Source: the human T2T-CHM13v2.0 reference genome, Homo sapiens
Assembly: GCF_009914755.1 (NCBI RefSeq)
Contig: NC_060929.1
DNA length: 64,000 nucleotides
Strand: one strand, 5' to 3'
The translations under genes were made by a program, and so were the position numbers. Of this stretch, positions 55,099 to 64,000 are shown one piece after another. Every line of letters begins with the position of its first letter. The stretch's first letter is position 1. The notes under the pieces were generated by a model, which was not told where the DNA came from, made no database searches, and saw only the letters and a program-made list of their open reading frames with translations.

Positions 55099-55655
55099 CT
55101 ACCAAAATACAAAAAAACACAACAAAACAAAACAAAACAAGCTGGGCATGGTGGTGTGCACCTGTAGTTCCAGCTACTTGGAAGGTTGAGGTGGGAGGGT
55201 GGCTTGAGCCTGGGAGGTTGAGGCTGTAGTGAGACTGCACCACTGCACTACTCCAACCTAGGTAACAGGAGCAAGACCCTGTCAAAAAAAAAAAAAGTTT
55301 TCAGTTACAGAGTTACAGTAAATCTAACTGTGTTTCTGTCCAGTTGAAGGTTTGGAGGTTTCTGGCTGACTCAGCAAGTAATGTTCTACCTAGGTGAAGT
55401 TCTTCTCATTGCTGTCTGAAACCAAACACATAAAGTAAATCCATCATGTTTAGCTTTGTTGTTGTTTTGGGTTTTTTTTGTTTGTTTTGTTTTTTTTTGA
55501 GATGGAGTCTCGCTCTGTCACCCAGGCTGCAGTGCAGTGGTGTGATCTCGGCTCACTGCAGTCTCTTGCCTCCCAGGTTCAAGCGATTCTCCTGCCTCAG
55601 CCTCCCAAGTAGCTGGGATTATAGCACCCACCACCATGCCTGGCTAAGCTTTGTA

Positions 55656-55689
55656 TAATAATAATAATAATAATAATTATTATTATTAT

Positions 55690-55746
<57 letters not shown>
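55656..55746. repeat. Compound trinucleotide microsatellite (TAA)7(TTA)~5(TAG)19 in an Alu linker
   Basis: Read directly from the sequence. Confidence 0.95.
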
Positions 55747-55884
55747 AGACGGGGTTTCACCATGTTGGCCAGGCTGGTTTTGAACTCCTGACCTCAAGTG
55801 ATCCACCTACCTCAGCCTCGAAAAGTGCTGGGATTACAGGTATGAGCCACTGCGCCTGGCCTAAGGCAAGTTTAGCCTTGAAGA

Positions 55885-56030
55885 AACTTTTAAGCTCTCT
55901 TCCAAAGTGGCTGTACTGTTTTGCATTCTTACCAGAATGAGAATTCTTGCTGCTCTGCCTTCTTGCCAGTAATTGGTATTGCCACTTATTTGGATTTTAG
56001 CCATTCTAATAGGTGGAAATAAAATTTTAA
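55885..56030 (-). mobile_element. Old L1 fragment
   Basis: ttccaaagtggctgtactgttttgcattc...ttttagccattctaataggtg. Confidence 0.7.
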
Positions 56031-56283
56031 AGAAAGGATCTTGATGCATAATGCCACATTTATTTTCAGAAAGTTTGTATAGATCTGGAGTAACTTTTGT
56101 TCCTATACTCTTTTGTTTCCCACATTTCATCAGGTGCAAAGGTTATACTGATTCTTTTTTTGTTGTTGTTGAGACAAGGTCTCACTCTGTCACCCAGGCT
56201 GGTGAGTAGTGGTGCGATCATAGCTCACTGTAGCCTTGACCTCCTGTGCTCAAGCAATCCTCCCACCTCAGCCTCCCAAGTAG

Positions 56284-56466
<183 letters not shown>

Positions 56467-57044
56467 TGATTACACTTATTGACAGTTTCTTTTTCTCCAT
56501 TCTGAAAGCCACTTCCCTAATCCGGTGTTCATTATCTCATACCTGGGCAAAAAGCTGCAGCCAGATTGCTTGTTTCCTACACTCCAGTATCTCCTTGTTC
56601 TAACCCAATTTACTCAATTCAGCTAAAACAAAAAAAATCTGTAATCTTCCTTTAACAATTTTTATCTTGATAACTGTGCTTTTTGAAAACTATGGTGGGT
56701 GGCCTATTGAACCAAATTTATGTATTTATTTTTAGTTTTGTAGAGATGGGGGTCTTGTTATTTTGCCCAGGCTGGTCTCAAACTCCGGGCTCAAGCAATC
56801 CTCCTATTTTGGCCTCCCAATATGCTGGGATTACAAGTGTGAGTCACTGCTTCTGGCCTGAGAAGGATATCTAAAAACCTAATAATATGGTTTGTGTATG
56901 AGAGGAGGTCTAGGTATTTAGTGGGGAAAGTAAAAATACTCTTTTCCTCATTTTATATTCATTTTATTCTTTTTTTTTTTTTTTTTTTTTTTTTAGTAGA
57001 GACGGGGTTTCACCGTGTTAGCCAGGATGGTCTCGATCTCCTGA

Positions 57045-57395
<351 letters not shown>

Positions 57396-58288
57396 TGAAA
57401 TTCCATGGTCTAAGAAACTAACAATATAGTTGGAGAAACCAGAAGCCAAGTTTTAAATGTTTCCAACTATTACAAGGGAGGAAGATATATTTGATGGTAG
57501 TCAGGGATAACTTCACCTAGGGTGCTGATTAGCAGATTTATAAGAAGGATATAATGGTTGAAGCATGTTTACCTGATTGATGAATTTCCTCTGCTTTTGA
57601 GGTTGCCATGGAATCGATGTAATATAGTGGGAAGAGCATGGGTTTTGGGATCAAGCAGAAATAAATTCAAATCCCAGCTTTTCTATATACTGGCCTTATA
57701 ACCTTGGGCAAGTTATTTAACAATTTTGAAGTTTCAACTTCCTCATCTATAAAATGGGTAAAATCTGAATAGGATTATTATAAAGGTTAAATGACCTCCA
57801 AGTGCAACAAATATGTTGGTTTACTTCTTATATAGATGGGCTGAACTGAGATGGATTGGCATATAGGAATAAAATGTCCGGAGAAAATGCAGGTTGCATG
57901 TGAAAGAACTTCATGTAGCTAAAGTCCCTGCATCTATAATTTAGTTTGTCAATCTCATATTATGGGATTTGAAGACTCTTATTATTTCAGAAGTTTTAGA
58001 AACCCTTGGGCTAGCTGGGCACAGTGGCTCACACCCATAATCTCAGCACTTTGGGAGGCCGAGGCAGGAGGACTGCTTGAGCCCAGGGGTTAGAGGCCAG
58101 CAGCCTGAGCAACCTAGGGAGACCCCTGTCTCCACAAATAATTAAAAAAAAATAGCTGGGCATGGTGGTCCACTCCTGTGGTCCCAGCTTTGGGAAGCTA
58201 AGGTGGGAGAATCGCTTGAGCCTGCGAGGTTGAGGCTGCAGTGAGCAGGTGATTGCACCACTGCACTTCAGCCCCAGAGACAGGGTGA

Positions 58289-58588
<300 letters not shown>

Positions 58589-58731
58589 TGATCCGCCCGC
58601 CTGGGCCTCCCAAAGTGCTGGGATTACAGGTGTGAGCCACCGTGCCCGGCCATGTGTTTTTTATCCTTCTTGATCTGAAAGATGGTCAAAACACAGTGCT
58701 TTGAAACACATTATAAGTAGATTCTAAATAG

Positions 58732-59004
<273 letters not shown>

Positions 59005-59162
59005 TGAGTAGCTGGGATTACAGGTGCGTGCCACCACGCCCAGCTAATTTTTGTATTTTTAGTAGAAATGGGGTTTCGCCATGTTGATCAGGCTGGTCTC
59101 GAACTCCTGACCTTGTGATCCACCCGCCTCAGCCTCCCAAAGTGCTGGGATTACAGGCATGA

Positions 59163-59372
<210 letters not shown>

Positions 59373-59390
59373 TGAGTTTTCAAATTTTAA

Positions 59391-59755
<365 letters not shown>

Positions 59756-60677
59756 TAATAGAGATTCTATATAGCAGTCACCAAAATATAGGAGACTAGG
59801 AGTTCCTAATTCCCATACTGACTGTCAAACTACTGACAAGTATCTCAAGTAAAGGTCCTGGTGAAACAAAGATTATTGCTCAATCACATTTCTTTAGCTA
59901 TACTCAGGGTTAGTTGCTAGGCACTGAGTAAAGAGAGTGTTTTCTTCCCTCTCAAATAAATTGAGAAAAATGTATATATATCCAGATTTCCTTTCCCTGT
60001 GTCCTTGAGAGTCATTGTATTTGTTTAAAGAATTTAATGAGTTTGTTCAGGGAGTTGCATCAGAAATTATTTTTGTATCAGTAGTAAGCATGACAACTAG
60101 TTCCTTTGTAATGCTGTACCAGTCAATACCTGTTTTTGCCTAAGGATGTATCCATACCAATTCTGGATAATCCAGCTTTGAAGTGGGTTGGGCAGTGCCA
60201 GGTTTCTTTTGTTGGTGTTATTAGTTTGGGTTGTGACTTAGTCACACATGCCTTGAAAACTTAACAGCACTGAGGATATAGGCTAATTAAGTTCCACAAA
60301 TGCTAACTAAAGCCAGTGTACATAGCATTTACATTAAAATAGTTCTCTAGAATAGGTACAAGACTTTTTTTTAACATTTTCTACAACTTATTTATTATCT
60401 AGAAAGAACATTTAACAAACATGTTCTGCTCATAGAAAACACTATCCTTTACATGTGAAATGTCAAAATGAGCAATTACTAAGCCAAAGAAATGTTTATG
60501 ATATTCAAAATGTTTTTTAAATAAATGTTTGGCAGAATCAACTTTTAAAGTTATTTTAAAAATCATTATATTCTTATAAAATTTTAAGATCCCAGTTTAA
60601 GGATGACGAAATATTAAATATTGCACAGTTGAGATATATAAAGGCCTTTGTTAAAGTTGTAAGAGAGGAGAAAATGA

Positions 60678-60955
<278 letters not shown>

Positions 60956-61235
60956 TGAGCCACTGCGCCCGGCCATTTTTTTTTTTTTCAGCCAAATTCT
61001 GTTATCATATGGACATTCTCTGGGTCAAAGGATATTTTCCATACAAACCACCAGACTCCTTTTTTGGTCATGTCTGATTAAAGGATTAGATAGAAACCGT
61101 TTTTTTTTTATTTTTTTAATTTTTTTAGACAGGGCACCGCTCTGTTGCTCAGGCTGGAGTTCAGTGGCACGATCTCGGCTCACTGCAACCTCCATCTCCC
61201 AGGCTCAGGGGATCCCTCCCACCTCAGCCTCCTGA

Positions 61236-61457
<222 letters not shown>

Positions 61458-62079
61458 TAGACGGGGTTTCGCCATGTTGGCCAGGCTGGTCTAGAACTCC
61501 TAACCTCAAATGATCCGCCCACCTAGGCCTCCCAAAGTGCTGGGATTAACAGGCGTGAGTCACCGCGCCGAGCCCAATTTTTGTATTTTTGGTAAAGACG
61601 GGATTTCACCATGTTGCCTAGGCTGGGCTCGAACTACTGGGTTCAAATGATCCGCCCGCCTCAACATCCCATAGTGTTGGGATTACAGGCGTGAGCCACG
61701 GCGCCCGCTATAGAATCTGAATATTTTTAACCCCCCTCTTTACTGACAAGATAAAGACAGAGATAGAGAGATGCATATAGGGAGGAAGAGATCTCCTTAG
61801 AGGAGGGAAGACCACCACAGCTAGCCTTGTTTTGCACCACACAGATCTGATTAGAACTAGAATTAGTTGGGCTGGCAGGACCCAGGGGCGAGCAGAGAGT
61901 TCCTGAAGGAAGAGGAGACAATAACTAGCAAAAATGAGTCTTTCCTGTAAGTTTGGGACTTTGCTAAGCGCTATATTATCATCTAATTTATTCATAACAA
62001 CAACCCAATGAGGAAGGTACTAATATTACTCCCATTTCACAGAGGAGCGAGTTGAAAGTCACAAAAATGAAACAGCAAA

Positions 62080-64000
62080 CGCGCCGAAGTCAGGCAGCAA
62101 GTAAGTGGCAGCACCAGAACTCGAAACTGCCTCGGAGCATGCACTCTTCACCACCCCGTTCCACCTTGAGGTCGGATTCCGCACGCCGTTCGCGGCATTC
62201 CCACCTTCCTACGTGGGACAGTTCCCGGTACTGAGGCATGGCGCTGTCCAGCCCTCAGGCCCGCAGCCGTCCGCAAGCAGGAGAACGCGGCCCCGCTGGG
62301 CGATCCTGCCCGAAGGCGCCCGAACTGCGGCGCGCGGCCGGGTCCTGGCGGGCGGGTCGAGTCTCCCCAAGGCGGCCATCCCAAGCAGCTCCCCGGATGT
62401 CCCTCAGACCCGCGCGCTAGGCTCAACTCAGAAAGGCGGGAGGCGCGAAGCGAGATCGGCCTTGCCCCTCGACTGTCCCCTCATCGCTCCCCGTCCTCTA
62501 TTCCCTCCCAAATAGCCCCCGGCAAATAGGTTACACATCTTCACCTGTCCCAGAGGTGGTGACTGCTCTAGTGACTGACGCTACGCTCCTCCAACCAGGC
62601 AATGGCAGGAAGGTGGAGCCTTCCTAAGACTGATGGCTTCCTTTCTCCAATCCCGGTGCAGCTATTCTCCGGCCATAGTCTCGGCGCCCAGCGGAGAGCG
62701 ACAGGTGGGAGCTGCGTTACTTCGGCGCCTCTTGCATCCTTGACGTAGAAGTTTCACCAAGCGCAGGGTGAAGTCTACTCCAAATTTGACCAATTCTTGC
62801 GGGTCATCACTTCAGCAGTCATTTTATTCAGAAGTGGAAATTTCCCGGCCCTTTCCCGTCACCTCAGATGAGGGCGGGATCAATGGTACTCCCACAGGCC
62901 AATTGTACCACGCGACGTCCCGCGACAAAGTGACCGACACTTTCTGGCGCCAATGAATTCTCCCATTGTTCGGGGTCACTATGACTGACCACAAGGCCAA
63001 CTAATCCACTTTAAGGTCGTGACGCGATAGTCAGGCGGGTTGGCCAATAGACATAGGAAAAGAGCGGAAGTCAGCTGGTGAAGAGTGGGAGGCGGGTGTT
63101 CGCAACCGCCTAGGCCTGCGCGGGTCAACGCAGCTTGGCGGCTGCGAGCCAGCGAGCGGCGCGTGACGAAGAGCCTGAGCGACGGGTCACTTTGGCCAAT
63201 GATCTGCAGCCGCCAGGGTATTGCAGCCAGTGGCGAGTCGAGGGGGCGGGAGGCAGCAGGTTAGGCAGTGAGAAGTTAGTGGCGCTGCTGGGACGGGGGA
63301 AAGGAGACGCTTCTTCCTCTTGCTGCTCTTCTCGTTCCCGAGATCAGCGGCGGCGGTGACCGCGAGTGGGTCGGCACCGTCTCCGGCTCCGGGTGCGAAC
63401 AATGCTGACTGATAGCGGAGGCGGCGGCACCTCCTTTGAGGAGGACCTGGACTCTGTGGCTCCGCGATCCGCCCCAGCTGGGGCCTCGGAGCCGCCTCCG
63501 CCGGGAGGGGTCGGTCTGGGGATCCGCACCGTGAGGCTCTTTGGGGAGGCCGGGCCAGCGTCGGGAGTCGGCAGCAGCGGCGGCGGCGGCAGCGGCAGCG
63601 GTACGGGCGGAGGGGACGCGGCGCTGGATTTCAAGTTGGCGGCTGCCGTGCTGAGGACCGGGGGTGGAGGTGGTGCCTCTGGCAGTGACGAGGACGAAGT
63701 GTCCGAGGTAAGGCTCCGGGACCCTCGCCTCCCACACATTGTGAGGCGTGAATTCTCTTTGGGTAGGCTCTGGGCCGGGGCCATCCTCCCGCTTCCCTGG
63801 TGGAGCCCTTCTGTGACAGCGGTCGGCTCCATGGCGGCGGTGGCCGCGGTGAGGGCCTAGTGAGCCCTCGGCTTACTCTTTAGCTCGAGCGGGACAGGTT
63901 CCCGTCACCATTCGTAGACCCACAATAGGGAGTCCTTTGGTCTCTGAGCTTCGCGCGGGAACAGGGACTCCTCAGGCTGCCTCCCGCCCACCCTGCTTTG
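62080..64000. promoter_or_regulatory. ANKHD1: ANKHD1 CpG island, TATA-less promoter with four CCAAT boxes, an ETS site and GC boxes
   Basis: High CpG density. CCAAT at 62899, 62950, 63044 and 63196; CGGAAGT at 63065-63071; GGCGGG boxes near 62873, 63091 and 63245. Confidence 0.9.
63402..63707 (+). CDS. ANKHD1: ANKHD1 coding exon 1 (shared with the ANKHD1-EIF4EBP3 readthrough)
   Basis: acaATG gives MLTDSGGGGTSFEEDLDSVAPRSAPAGASEPPPPGG...GASGSDEDEVSE, ending |gtaagg. It is 306 nt, phase 0. Confidence 0.96.

Noticed and set aside
63366-63401. GTG-initiated 12-aa extension of ANKHD1
   Set aside because: The GTG has a pyrimidine at -3, and the ATG at 63402 has A at -3 and matches the known N-terminus.
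63276-63832. Minus-strand ORFs with poly-Ala and poly-Pro
   Set aside because: They are the antisense shadow of the GGC-rich ANKHD1 exon 1.

Overview
Primate DNA, almost certainly human chromosome 5q31, recognised from the proteins and the dense Alu content. It holds three protein-coding genes. HBEGF (- strand) contributes exons 1-3 plus a CpG-island promoter, and its later exons lie left of the window. SLC4A9/AE4 (+ strand) is complete: 21 coding exons assembled by hand from GT-AG junctions sum to 2880 nt (959 aa + stop), followed by a non-coding last exon. ANKHD1 (+ strand) contributes its CpG-island promoter and first coding exon. The 36.6-61.7 kb interval is mostly Alu, L1, L2 and hAT-Charlie DNA and contains a retroposed U4 snRNA pseudogene. 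Most entries in the ORF track are Alu or GC-content artefacts. I did not find a convincingly new biological system. The best leads are a chain of minus-strand splice signals suggesting a divergent ANKHD1-promoter lncRNA ending antisense across SLC4A9 exon 18, a stop-free in-frame HBEGF intron 1, an in-frame alternative donor and ATG in ANKHD1 intron 1, several alternative splice sites in SLC4A9, and divergently oriented CTCF-like motifs. Repeat boundaries and subfamilies are approximate and assigned by eye.
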